Below, one piece after another: positions 37,359 through 46,172 of a stretch of 64,000 nucleotides of DNA. The notes beneath the pieces were generated by a model. The model was given only the letters and a program-made list of their open reading frames with translations. It was not told where the DNA came from and ran no database searches. The stretch comes from an uncultured Acidobacteriota bacterium (GTDB lineage: Bacteria > Acidobacteriota > Vicinamibacteria > Vicinamibacterales > 2-12-FULL-66-21): the NCBI GenBank assembly GCA_963749835.1, contig CAVVOD010000004.1, positions 361,061 through 425,060 on the forward strand, written 5' to 3'. The number at the start of each line of letters is the position of its first letter. Positions within the stretch are counted from its first letter, which is position 1. The translations under genes were made by a program, and so were the position numbers.

Positions 37359-38225
37359 ATGCTCACGGCGCTCTTCACGGCGGCCTTGCTCGCGCAGGTG
37401 CGCAGTCTGCCGGCGTCCTCCCTCGAGACCACGCTGGCCCGGATCATTGCGGACAGCGGGGCCGAAGTCGCCGTCGCGTACCGGACGCTCGACGGACGCA
37501 CCGACGTGCGCATCAACGCGGACACTGCGTTTCATGCCGCGAGCACGATGAAAGTGCCCGTGATGATCGAGCTCTTCCGCCAGGCCCACGCAGGCACGCT
37601 CGCGCTCGGCGATCCTCTCCCCATCGTCAATGAATTCCACAGCATCGTGGATGGCAGCCGGTACGTCCTCGCCGAAGATGATCCGGCGGACAAGGACGTA
37701 GTCGCGGCTCTCGGCCGGACGCTGACACTCAGGCAGCTGTGCGAGGCGATGATCACCGTCAGCAGCAACTTCGCAACCAATCTCCTGATCGAGAAGCTTG
37801 GTGTCGAGAACATCCGACGCACGGTCACTGCCCTGGGGGCCGACGGCATGCACGTGCTGCGCGGCGTCGAGGACCAGAAGGCCTTCGACAAGGGACTGAA
37901 CAACACCACCACTGCCCGCGCGTTGCTGGTTCTCTTCGAACGTGTCGCGCAAGGCCGCGCGGTGGACAAGTCGTCTGACGCCGAGATGGTCCGCGTTCTC
38001 GAACGACAAAAGGCGTCCCCCAACGCGATCAAGGCGGGTGTCCCGGCCGGCACTGTCGTCGCGCACAAGACCGGCAACATTACACGCATTCATCACGATG
38101 CGGCCATCGTCTATGCGCCGAAGCCGTATGTGCTGGTGCTGCTCGTGCGCGGCATCGACGATCTCGACAAGAGCGCCGCGCTGATGGCAGCGCTGTCGAA
38201 GGCGATCTACGACTCACCGAGATAG
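37359..38225 (+). CDS. class A beta-lactamase-like serine hydrolase, secreted
   Basis: 288 aa with a signal peptide. SxxK motif (..FHAASTMKVPVM..), ..VSSNFATN.. (SxN-like) and ..HKTGN.. (KTG). Confidence 0.85.
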   Translation: MLTALFTAALLAQVRSLPASSLETTLARIIADSGAEVAVAYRTLDGRTDVRINADTAFHAASTMKVPVMIELFRQAHAGTLALGDPLPIVNEFHSIVDGSRYVLAEDDPADKDVVAALGRTLTLRQLCEAMITVSSNFATNLLIEKLGVENIRRTVTALGADGMHVLRGVEDQKAFDKGLNNTTTARALLVLFERVAQGRAVDKSSDAEMVRVLERQKASPNAIKAGVPAGTVVAHKTGNITRIHHDAAIVYAPKPYVLVLLVRGIDDLDKSAALMAALSKAIYDSPR

Positions 38226-38231
38226 GCCGCA

Positions 38232-38520
38232 GTCTTCCGGGACACGGATGCTACGGACGAGCACAGATGCACACGGATCGGACACGGCGTCCACAATCGG
38301 GATGGCCGCGGCGCTTCGCGCCGTGAGTGCGGCTGAGATCAAGAATGCGAGCACGTGAGGGAGCAGCAGTGTTCGCATTCTCGATCTCAGTCGCGCTCAC
38401 CCCGCAGGCCGGCGGCGGCCAGCACACTGCATATCGCACTGTATTAACAGTTGCCCACCCGCAGTGCTCTTGATCCGCGTTCTTCCGTGTTATCCGTTTT
38501 GTCCGTGTCCTGGTCTTTGT
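38232..38520. mobile_element. MITE-like multi-hairpin element, copy D3 (ACACGGA-type inverted termini; central 30-bp-stem hairpin 38325-38398)
   Basis: Left end is gggacacggatgctacggacgagcacagatgcacacggatcggacacgg; right end is gatccgcgttcttccgtgttatccgttttgtccgtgtcc. In the central stem gagtgcggctgagatcaagaatgcgagcac / gtgttcgcattctcgatctcagtcgcgctc, 26 of 30 pairs are Watson-Crick. Confidence 0.6.
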
Positions 38521-38541
38521 TGAACCGTCTACAGACCCGCA

Positions 38542-39399
38542 TCACTTGAACATGTAGACAAAGTTGATCATCGGGAAGGCGAACAGATCCTCAGCCCCTA
38601 TCGGGATGGCGATCGCGAGGTCTGCGGACAGCCGATCCCCGAAAAATCTGACGCCCCCGGACGCCATGCCTTTGCCGCCCTTCCAGATGTAGCTCTCCGT
38701 AATCAGCTTGAGACTGCGCTTGACCTGACGTTCTCCGCCAATCATCACCACCCCCGCCCGACCGCCTTCATTCCCATAGGCGAGCCCCGCTCCCACCGTA
38801 AAGGATCCGCCGCTGTCGCCGTGGGTGCCCACGACGTATCCGACGCCACCCCCGTCGCCGTGAGGATTCAAGACCTGGAAGGTCCCGACGGCGACCTGCG
38901 TCCGTGCTCGATTCAACAGCTGCAGCTTGGGCGTGATCCAGAATGGCCGATCCCCTTCGTCGTTGAGGCCGAACATGAGCGGCGTTCCACCGCCGATGGA
39001 CAAGCGGTCGGTGACGCCGACCTGGACGAAGGGCATCACGAACTCATAGACGCCGAAATAGGCCTGGCCTTTCGCGAGCGAGCGGCCGGTCGGGCCGAAG
39101 AACAGCCGCGTGGCGTTCGGATCCGGCGGCAGGAACTCGCCGTCCACGACCACGCCGGTCATCCTCTTGAGCGACGCGATCTCGACGCGCTGGGCGGTCA
39201 CGGTCGAGCCCGCCTCGGTCTGAAACACCACTTCGGATGCGTTCTCGCTGACGACGATCCCGAAGAGACGGGAGCCGTCGCGCAGCACGAGCTCGCACCG
39301 CGTCACCGGGCGGCGTGTTTCGGGCGTTTGTGCCAGCGCCCGACCCGGCTGCGAAAGGATCAGACAGACACTCAGAATCGCCATCAGTCGGGTCATCAT
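38542..39399 (-). CDS. hypothetical secreted / outer-membrane-type protein
   Basis: The track ORF extends to 39696. I prefer MMTRLMAILSVCLILSQPGRALAQ (39399), whose ATG overlaps the upstream gene's stop (ATGATGA). The C-terminal half is Gly-rich with alternating residues and ends ..NFVYMFK. Confidence 0.65.
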   Translation of the reverse strand: MMTRLMAILSVCLILSQPGRALAQTPETRRPVTRCELVLRDGSRLFGIVVSENASEVVFQTEAGSTVTAQRVEIASLKRMTGVVVDGEFLPPDPNATRLFFGPTGRSLAKGQAYFGVYEFVMPFVQVGVTDRLSIGGGTPLMFGLNDEGDRPFWITPKLQLLNRARTQVAVGTFQVLNPHGDGGGVGYVVGTHGDSGGSFTVGAGLAYGNEGGRAGVVMIGGERQVKRSLKLITESYIWKGGKGMASGGVRFFGDRLSADLAIAIPIGAEDLFAFPMINFVYMFK

Positions 39400-40877
39400 C
39401 GTTTCTCCGGGGCGGATTCGCCCAGCAGGCGGACGTGGTGGCCGTACCAGTCGCTCGTGAACACGGCGCGTGGATCGTGAGCCCGTTTCAGCGCGATAAA
39501 TTTCCGCATCCGCGGGTGGCACCGCTCGACCTGCCCGGCGGTCGCCCAGCGGTGGTAGGTCAGGTAGTAGCTGCCTCCGTGCTCCGCCGCGGCGTCGATC
39601 AGGCGGCGGAAATCCTCGGCCGCCTTGCGGAGGCCCTCCGGAGAGTGATCGACGTGAAGATTCACGACAACGCAGGCCCACGGTTGTCGGGCCCACGCGA
39701 GCACGCTCTCGTCATCCTGCTCGATGAGGCGAACCGTTCCGTAGATGATGTTCAGGGCGTGCGTTCGCGCCAGGTCGCGCGCCGCGGACATGAAGGCCGG
39801 AAGGACATCCCTCGGCACGTACAGCTCGGAGATCATCTCGCTGCCCTTGACCGTCGCGTTCAGCTGACGGTCGAGCGCGTCGTGATAGCCGTCCGTGTAT
39901 GACGCGAGCTGGTGCGTGTCCGACCAGTAATGCTGACCGTCGGTCGAGAGGTAGAAACGCGCGTATTCCTCGAATGCGCGGGATTTGTCGACGTGCGCGA
40001 GCAGGAGCAGCCGCTGCCAGTCAGCGGTCGACAGCGAACGATGATGATCCGGCGCCGGAGCGGGACTCTCGACCGGCTGGTAGCACGAGAAGACACCCGA
40101 GTGCATGAAACCGGCCGACGAGGGGTCGGTGGCGAACTGAAAATCACCGTACTCGAAGCCGTCGCGGATTCGGTCTTCGAACAGCGCGGGTAAGTCGTCG
40201 ATGCACGCGATCGACACCCTCCGCACCAGCCGTCGTCGGCGCGCAAGCCGCAGCGTGACCCGTGCGATGACGCCAAAGAGACCGTACCCGCCGATGGCCA
40301 GAGAGAACAACTCTGGATTGAGCGTTCGGCTGCAGGTGACGAGGGCGCCGGTGTGGTCCACGAGATCGAAGGCCTCGACGTCGGCGATGACGGGACGAAG
40401 GCGCAGTCCGCGGCCGTGAATGTTTGCCGAGAGCGCTCCGCCGATGGTCAGCCGGTCGGCGCCCGTCTGCTTCTGGATGATGCTCCAGGCGTCCTCCTCG
40501 CCGGCGCCGGCCCAGAGCAGGTGATTGATCAGTCTGGGCCAGTCGATTCCGGCTTCGACCGTCACCAGGCCACGCTCGACATCGAGATCGACGGGGCGGC
40601 AGAGGGCCCTCGTGTCAACGACGACGTCGTCGGTACGGAACTGCTGGCCTCCCATGGCGTGCCGTCCTCCAGCGATCGCGATGCCGAGGCCGGCGTCCGA
40701 GGCCTCCCGAACGACCTGCTGGAGGGCCTGGACGGAGCGCACCTGCTCGACCCGGCGGACGGTCGTGGGGTTCAGTTGGGAGTGGACGTCGTTGACGTCC
40801 AGGGGCAGCCGCGACGCCGCGCCATCGGCCTTCGGAAGCAGGGACGAGAACGGATATGCCGATGTGCCGCCAGCCAT
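39396..40877 (-). CDS. FAD-binding oxidoreductase (PCMH-type FAD_binding_4 family)
   Basis: 493 aa. ..GLGIAIAGGRHAMGGQQF.., ..ITVEAGIDW..L.., ..GGALSANIHGRG.. are typical of FAD-linked oxidases. Confidence 0.85.
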   Translation of the reverse strand: MAGGTSAYPFSSLLPKADGAASRLPLDVNDVHSQLNPTTVRRVEQVRSVQALQQVVREASDAGLGIAIAGGRHAMGGQQFRTDDVVVDTRALCRPVDLDVERGLVTVEAGIDWPRLINHLLWAGAGEEDAWSIIQKQTGADRLTIGGALSANIHGRGLRLRPVIADVEAFDLVDHTGALVTCSRTLNPELFSLAIGGYGLFGVIARVTLRLARRRRLVRRVSIACIDDLPALFEDRIRDGFEYGDFQFATDPSSAGFMHSGVFSCYQPVESPAPAPDHHRSLSTADWQRLLLLAHVDKSRAFEEYARFYLSTDGQHYWSDTHQLASYTDGYHDALDRQLNATVKGSEMISELYVPRDVLPAFMSAARDLARTHALNIIYGTVRLIEQDDESVLAWARQPWACVVVNLHVDHSPEGLRKAAEDFRRLIDAAAEHGGSYYLTYHRWATAGQVERCHPRMRKFIALKRAHDPRAVFTSDWYGHHVRLLGESAPEKR

Positions 40878-40938
40878 GGCAACACGATACGGCCCGGGTC
40901 AGTGAGGAGTCGTGAGGAGACGCTGAAGAAGCGTGAAT

Positions 40939-42864
40939 TCAGCGGGCGTGGGAGGCGAGGGTCGCCAGGACGGCCTTGAATTCGCGCCCTTTCGCGAGCG
41001 GTGCGAACAGGGGTTCTATAGGGATGGTCCACCCCGAAAACGGCAGTTCCGGCTGCGCCACGAGCCGTTTCAGGGCATCCACGGCTTCCGCCGGCCTGCC
41101 GCACACGGCGTGCTGAAAGGCCTCCGCGATTGTGGCCTCACCGTGGCGTCCGCCGAGACGCAGGGCCTCGATCGCGCCGGCGGCCTGCTTGAAGGCGGCG
41201 TCAGCCGCCCGTTTGTCGCCGTGGGCGGCGTGCGCGGCGCCGAGGCCGACGAGCGATCGGGCATGGGCGGGATAGAGCTCCAGCGCCCGACGGAACATGG
41301 GAACGGCGCCTGCCGGGTGATCGTCCGCGAGCGCGGCGAATCCGCTTCCGTCGTACGCGTTCATCGCGAATTCAGCGGCATAAAGCTGCGACGGACCGGC
41401 GACGACCTCCCGGTCGAACTCCGCGCGAGCCTCGTCGAGATCGCCTTGCGCGAGCCGGACGAGCCCGAGCAGCCAGTGCAGCCCCTTCGCCGGATATCGC
41501 TGGCGCAGGTGCGCCTGGCGATCCTGGACGATCGTGCCCTCCCGCAGGACGGATTCCGCGCGATCGAGCGCACCTCGAGCGATGTGGACCATCGCGGCCG
41601 AGAAGTGAGCAAACGGGAAGTCCGGGTTCAGCTCCATCGCGCGCGCGAGGGTGCGGAGCCGATCGCCGCCCCACTGCGCGTGTGCGAGACGGAAATGATG
41701 TCCCCAGTATCCCGGCTCGAGCGATACCGCACGTCGCGCCGCCGCGGCCGCCTCCTTGAAGCGCGCGGAGCTGACGAGAAGGAACGCGAGCGTTGCGTGC
41801 GCCTCCGCGAGATCCGGCTCCAGCTCGATCGCGCGACGGACATGGTCGACCCCGCGCGCGAGCAGCGCCGCATCAGGCTGGTTCCTGGGTCTCGACATCT
41901 GGTACTGGAAGAATCTCGCGTTTCCCAGGGCGACGTGCGCATGGGCGTAACGAGGATCGAGGGTGACCGCCCGCTCGAAGTCGCCGATCGCGCCCGTGAC
42001 GAGCGCCGCATCGAGCGACTCGAGCCTGACGCGTCCCTCGGTGAACGCCTGGTACGCTTCGAGATTGTCGGTCTCCCGGGTACGCCGCTGGGGGACGCCC
42101 AGTCCCGCGGTCGCGAGCGTCTCGGCAAACTGGGCGACGATGCGGTCCTGCAGTTCGAACACCTGCTCGAGGGCGCCGTCCGCTTTCGCGTCCGCGAGCG
42201 CGACCCCTGAACGGGCATCCACGATCCGCGCCGTAATCCGGAGACGATCGCCCGCACGCTGGAAACTGCCGACGACGGCGAGATCGATGTGCAGCTCGGT
42301 TCGGAGCGCCGACAGGTCCGTTCCCACTCGCCGCACAGCCTCGACAACACGGACGCGATCGATGATCCGCCCGGTGCCCGCGGCCCGGAGATCGTTCGTG
42401 ACGGTCTCAGCGATCCCGGACGAGAGCCAGGCAAATTCGCGGTCGGTGCTCACGTTCGAGAAATCCATCACCGCGATGGCCGGCGCCTCGCCGGCGGCGT
42501 GGCCCCGTTCGTCCTCCTCGCGCGGCTCCGGCTCGCGGGGGGATGCGGGCGTGACAGGGGCGATGAAGCGATAGCCCCGGCGCGCGACGGTCTGGATGTA
42601 GGTGGGGCTGGCTGGATCGTCGCCGAGCGCCTGGCGCAGCTCCGAGACCGCCTGCGTGAGCGCGTTGTCGGTGACGGCAACATCCGGCCACAGGGCGGTG
42701 AACAGCTCGTCCTTCGGCACGAGCGCGGACGGACGCGTCACCAGATACAGCAGCAGATCGATGATCTTCGGGGAGAGCGGGATCACCTCCGCGCCGCGGG
42801 ACAGACGGTACGAACCAGCATCCACGGTGAAAGCGCCGAAGCGATACGATCCAGCTGTTGTCAC
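40939..42864 (-). CDS. transcriptional regulator: OmpR/PhoB-type (CadC-like) winged-helix DNA-binding domain plus TPR repeats
   Basis: ..YRFGAFTVDAGSYRLSRGAEVIPLSPKIIDLLLYLVTRPSALVPKDELFTALWPDVAVTDNALTQAVSELRQAL..IQTVARRGYRF is the winged helix. The C-terminal half has TPR-like A/L-rich repeats. The start is uncertain: a GTG at ~42864 gives MTTAGSYRF, while the track ORF runs to 43188 across the divergent gene. Confidence 0.8.
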   Translation of the reverse strand: MTTAGSYRFGAFTVDAGSYRLSRGAEVIPLSPKIIDLLLYLVTRPSALVPKDELFTALWPDVAVTDNALTQAVSELRQALGDDPASPTYIQTVARRGYRFIAPVTPASPREPEPREEDERGHAAGEAPAIAVMDFSNVSTDREFAWLSSGIAETVTNDLRAAGTGRIIDRVRVVEAVRRVGTDLSALRTELHIDLAVVGSFQRAGDRLRITARIVDARSGVALADAKADGALEQVFELQDRIVAQFAETLATAGLGVPQRRTRETDNLEAYQAFTEGRVRLESLDAALVTGAIGDFERAVTLDPRYAHAHVALGNARFFQYQMSRPRNQPDAALLARGVDHVRRAIELEPDLAEAHATLAFLLVSSARFKEAAAAARRAVSLEPGYWGHHFRLAHAQWGGDRLRTLARAMELNPDFPFAHFSAAMVHIARGALDRAESVLREGTIVQDRQAHLRQRYPAKGLHWLLGLVRLAQGDLDEARAEFDREVVAGPSQLYAAEFAMNAYDGSGFAALADDHPAGAVPMFRRALELYPAHARSLVGLGAAHAAHGDKRAADAAFKQAAGAIEALRLGGRHGEATIAEAFQHAVCGRPAEAVDALKRLVAQPELPFSGWTIPIEPLFAPLAKGREFKAVLATLASHAR

Positions 42865-42973
42865 CCGGCCACAGCATAGCAGCCCCCGCCGATCGGTGTT
42901 CGATGACGCGCGCGCGGCGCGCGGCGAGGAGCCGGGTGGCTTAGTGGTCCCGTGACCACTTAGAATCGGTCGC

Positions 42974-44020
42974 ATGAATCGTCGACGCTTTCTCGGATCC
43001 GCGGCGGCGGCAGCAGCCGTTGCCGGCAGCATGCCCCGCGTGTGGGCGGGGGCCCAGCGGCTCACAGTCGTCAAACCGCGGCGGCTCGCTGCCGGCGACA
43101 CCGTGGGGCTCGTGGCCCCGGCGAATGCGACGTTCCAGTCCGTCGAGCTCGAGATCGCCAGGGAGTCGCTCCAGGCGCTGGGGTTCAAGGTGCTCGTGGG
43201 CGGGCACCTGCGCGACCGTCATGGCTACCTGGCGGGCCAGGACAAGGATCGCGCTGCGGACATCAATCGCTTCTTCGCCGACGCGTCCGTTCGCGCGGTG
43301 CTGCCCATCCGCGGCGGCTGGGGAAGCAGCCGCGTGCTTCCCTACCTGGACTTCGATGTCATTCGCCGCAACCCAAAGGTCGTGCTCGGGTTCAGCGACA
43401 TCTCGGCGCTGCTGCTGGCGATACACGCCAAGACCGGGCTCGTCACATTCCACGGCCCGAACGGTATGGGACGGTGGGATGCGTTCTCAGTGGACTGTTT
43501 CAGGCGCCTGCTGATCCAGGGGGAATCGATCCTCTTCGAGAACCCGCGTGAGCTCAACGAGCGAAACGTGCTGACCCCGATCGACAACCGCCCGATGACG
43601 ATCACGGGCGGCAAGGCGCGAGGCCGCCTGCTGGGCGGGAACCTGACCGTCCTCACGACGATTGGGGGATCGCCGTACCTGCCATCGTGGGACGGCGCGA
43701 TCTTCTTCTGCGAAGACGTCAACGAGGAGTACTACCGGATCGATCGGATGCTCACACAGCTGAAACTGGCCGGCGTGCTCTCCAGGCTGGCAGGGTTCGT
43801 CTTCGGCACGTGCTCCGAATGCGGCCCGGGGGACGGCGCCTTCGGCGCGCTGACGCTCGAGGAGATCTTCGCCGACCACATCAAGCCGCTTGGGATCCCG
43901 GCGTGGTCCGGCGCGATGATCGGACACGACATGTCGCAATGGACGCTGGCCCAGGGCATCGACGTCGAGGCGGATGCCGACGCCGGCACGCTCAGGATGC
44001 TGGAGCCGGGCGTGATCTAA
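42974..44020 (+). CDS. ldcA: LD-carboxypeptidase (S66 family, LdcA-like) with a Tat-type signal
   Basis: MNRRRFLGSAAAAAAVAGS is a twin-arginine signal. ..VGLVAPA.., ..IRGGWGS.., nucleophile context ..GFSDISALLLA.., ..GHD.. Confidence 0.85.
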   Translation: MNRRRFLGSAAAAAAVAGSMPRVWAGAQRLTVVKPRRLAAGDTVGLVAPANATFQSVELEIARESLQALGFKVLVGGHLRDRHGYLAGQDKDRAADINRFFADASVRAVLPIRGGWGSSRVLPYLDFDVIRRNPKVVLGFSDISALLLAIHAKTGLVTFHGPNGMGRWDAFSVDCFRRLLIQGESILFENPRELNERNVLTPIDNRPMTITGGKARGRLLGGNLTVLTTIGGSPYLPSWDGAIFFCEDVNEEYYRIDRMLTQLKLAGVLSRLAGFVFGTCSECGPGDGAFGALTLEEIFADHIKPLGIPAWSGAMIGHDMSQWTLAQGIDVEADADAGTLRMLEPGVI

Positions 44021-44030
44021 GCGCTGAATC

Positions 44031-44080
44031 CTTCCGCCTAAAGGCGGAAGCTACGGAGTCCCGATCCCCGATCCCCGATC
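44031..44080. terminator. hairpin module CTTCCGCC-TAAA-GGCGGAAG-CTACGG followed by CCCGATC heptamers, filling the 59-nt spacer between convergent ldcA and the M49 peptidase gene; candidate bidirectional terminator
   Basis: cttccgcctaaaggcggaagctacggagtcccgatccccgatccccgatc, read directly. It has an 8-bp GC-rich stem and a 4-nt loop. The terminator function is inferred only from its position. Confidence 0.5.
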
Positions 44081-46077
44081 TATCCTCGCCCCGAATATTC
44101 GAGCATCTGTCTCTTCAAGTCGCGCGGATAGGAGATCGTCACATCGGTGATGATCCCGTCCGGTCCCGTGACCGGTTCGAGCCTGGGCTGGACGAAGCCT
44201 GTGTAGGACGGCATGTTCAGGTGATCCACTCGCGCGACGACTTCGTCGCGCAGCGACGCCTCGAAATGCACACCGTACGTCTCGAACATCGTCTTTGCGG
44301 TCTCGTAGTCGCCTTCCGCCTTGATCCGTTGAACTTCGCCGAGCAGCCGTCCGACGCTCTCCTGGAAGTCTGTCGCGTTGACCATGACGTAGTACGTCTT
44401 GCCCTCGCGCTGCCGCACCTCGATCGCGTTCGAGTTGGCCAGGAGCCACCGCACGATCATCTGGCGGTTCCGCATGTGGTCTTCCTCGATCTGCGTCCCT
44501 TCGCGCACGCGCCGGAGCTGAACGAGGGCGTTGCGGGCATAGCCCTCATACTCGGCCTGGATGACTTCGGCGTGGTCGGCGGCCTTCACCAGGCCGAGCT
44601 CCACCATCCGCGGGCTCGGCAGGAAGTACAGCGCGACCAGATCCGCGCGCGATTCTTCCAGCGCGGAGTATTGCTCCTTCAGCACCGACTGCGGATTGCC
44701 CTTCAAGTGCTCGCCGATCTTCCCGGAGCCGTGGCCAATCACTTCGTGGAGATCGGTCGTCAATTCCCCCGCAAGGCTGCTCCATTTCTCGGCTCTCGCG
44801 GCCTCCTCGGGCGACCACGCGAACTCACGCCGGAACTCGGCCGACGTCGACTTGTCGTACGCCTCGTTGACGTTGGCCAGAGAGACGGACTTGCTGCCGT
44901 ACGTCTCGCGGATATCCTGATCGTTCGGCAGGTTGATGCCCACCGGCGTAATCGGCGAGGACTCACCCGATTCGACGACGACGTCGATGGCGTTGGCGGT
45001 GATGCCTCGCACACCCTGCTTCCGATACTGCGGCGCCCAGGGCATCCGATCTTCGAACCACTGCGCATCGGCAGCGAGCTTGCGGATGCCGGCGGTCTTC
45101 TCGCGGTTGACGTAGAAGACCAGCGCTTCCCATGCCCCCTTCATCCCCCGCGGGTCCATGTAGACCTCGACGAACCCGTTGATCGTGTCGACGGGAGACT
45201 CCTTGTCGTGGACCCAGGCGATGTCGTACGCCGCGCGGTCGGCCGTCTCACCGGTCGTGTAGAACCTGATGAGCGCGCGCAGCGCGGCGGCCATCGATTC
45301 GGTGGCGTACGGAATCGCCGCCTCCAGATGGCCGATGATGGCGCGGATCTCTTTGTCGTATCGTTCACCGACGCGGTACACCTCCTCCAGGACCCTGCCG
45401 CCGCGCTTCACGAGGCGTGAATTGAGGGGATATCGCTCTTCGAATCCTTCGAGGTCGTGCATCGATACGCCGACGTACAGGTTGTTCGCGCTGCCGGTCA
45501 GGATGTCCAGGCCCGGCCCAGGCGTCTTGTGCGTAACGGTCGGATCCACCGTGAGGTCGAAGAAGATCGGCCGAAGCCTGGTGAGCAGGGCATCGAGCGT
45601 CTCGCCCGGCTGGACGGGGAAGCTGGCTCCAGCGGCCGCCGCCGCCTGCGCGGCCGCCGCAAACGCCTCCGGCGTGCATTTGGGCACGAACTTACGCGCG
45701 GTCAGGTTGTTGAAAGGGCCCACGTTCAGCCAGAACAGCTTCGTGTAGGTTTCAATCTCACCGAGCGTCTGCGGGTCCACCCCGGCCGGGTGCGTGATGA
45801 TTTCCTCGAGCACGTCACGCATCTCGAGGTTGTGCGCGTACCGCTGGTCGTAGAAGATGTCGCGGCCCGCCAGCGCCGCCTGGTACAGGTGCCAGATGAG
45901 GATCTTCTGATCGACGGGGAGCGCCGCGAACCCGTCGGCGGACAGCTGTACAACGGCAGCTTCCTCCACGCGCTCCAGCAGATACGTGCGTTCCGCAGGA
46001 GCGTCCGTATTCTGCGCCGGGACCACCGGCGTCTCGGGCGCTGGCGTATTGCTGTTCCTGCTGTTTGCTTCGCTCAT
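44080..46077 (-). CDS. M49 family peptidase (dipeptidyl-peptidase III-like)
   Basis: 665 aa. It has the HExxGH zinc motif (..DLHEVIGHGSGK..) and the second motif EExRAD (..ALEESRADLVALYF..). Confidence 0.85.
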   Translation of the reverse strand: MSEANSRNSNTPAPETPVVPAQNTDAPAERTYLLERVEEAAVVQLSADGFAALPVDQKILIWHLYQAALAGRDIFYDQRYAHNLEMRDVLEEIITHPAGVDPQTLGEIETYTKLFWLNVGPFNNLTARKFVPKCTPEAFAAAAQAAAAAGASFPVQPGETLDALLTRLRPIFFDLTVDPTVTHKTPGPGLDILTGSANNLYVGVSMHDLEGFEERYPLNSRLVKRGGRVLEEVYRVGERYDKEIRAIIGHLEAAIPYATESMAAALRALIRFYTTGETADRAAYDIAWVHDKESPVDTINGFVEVYMDPRGMKGAWEALVFYVNREKTAGIRKLAADAQWFEDRMPWAPQYRKQGVRGITANAIDVVVESGESSPITPVGINLPNDQDIRETYGSKSVSLANVNEAYDKSTSAEFRREFAWSPEEAARAEKWSSLAGELTTDLHEVIGHGSGKIGEHLKGNPQSVLKEQYSALEESRADLVALYFLPSPRMVELGLVKAADHAEVIQAEYEGYARNALVQLRRVREGTQIEEDHMRNRQMIVRWLLANSNAIEVRQREGKTYYVMVNATDFQESVGRLLGEVQRIKAEGDYETAKTMFETYGVHFEASLRDEVVARVDHLNMPSYTGFVQPRLEPVTGPDGIITDVTISYPRDLKRQMLEYSGRG

Positions 46078-46098
46078 GCGTCCTGCTTTCCCGGTTTC

Positions 46099-46172
46099 TT
46101 CCTTCCGCCTGACCAGCCTGCGCCAAACCCCGAACCCCGAGTCCCGAATCCCGATCCCCCGAGTCCCGAATC
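46099..46172. repeat. half hairpin module (CCTTCCGCCTGA..) plus a CCCGARY heptamer run with six C-tracts
   Basis: ccttccgcctgaccagcctgcgccaaaccccgaaccccgagtcccgaatcccgatcccccgagtcccgaatc. It abuts the beta-CASP gene stop. Confidence 0.8.

Noticed and set aside
38542-40877. FAD-oxidase and overlapping (ATGATGA) outer-membrane-type protein as a novel two-gene system
   Set aside because: The translational coupling is real, but both products are generic. Without homology searches nothing here suggests more than an ordinary operon.
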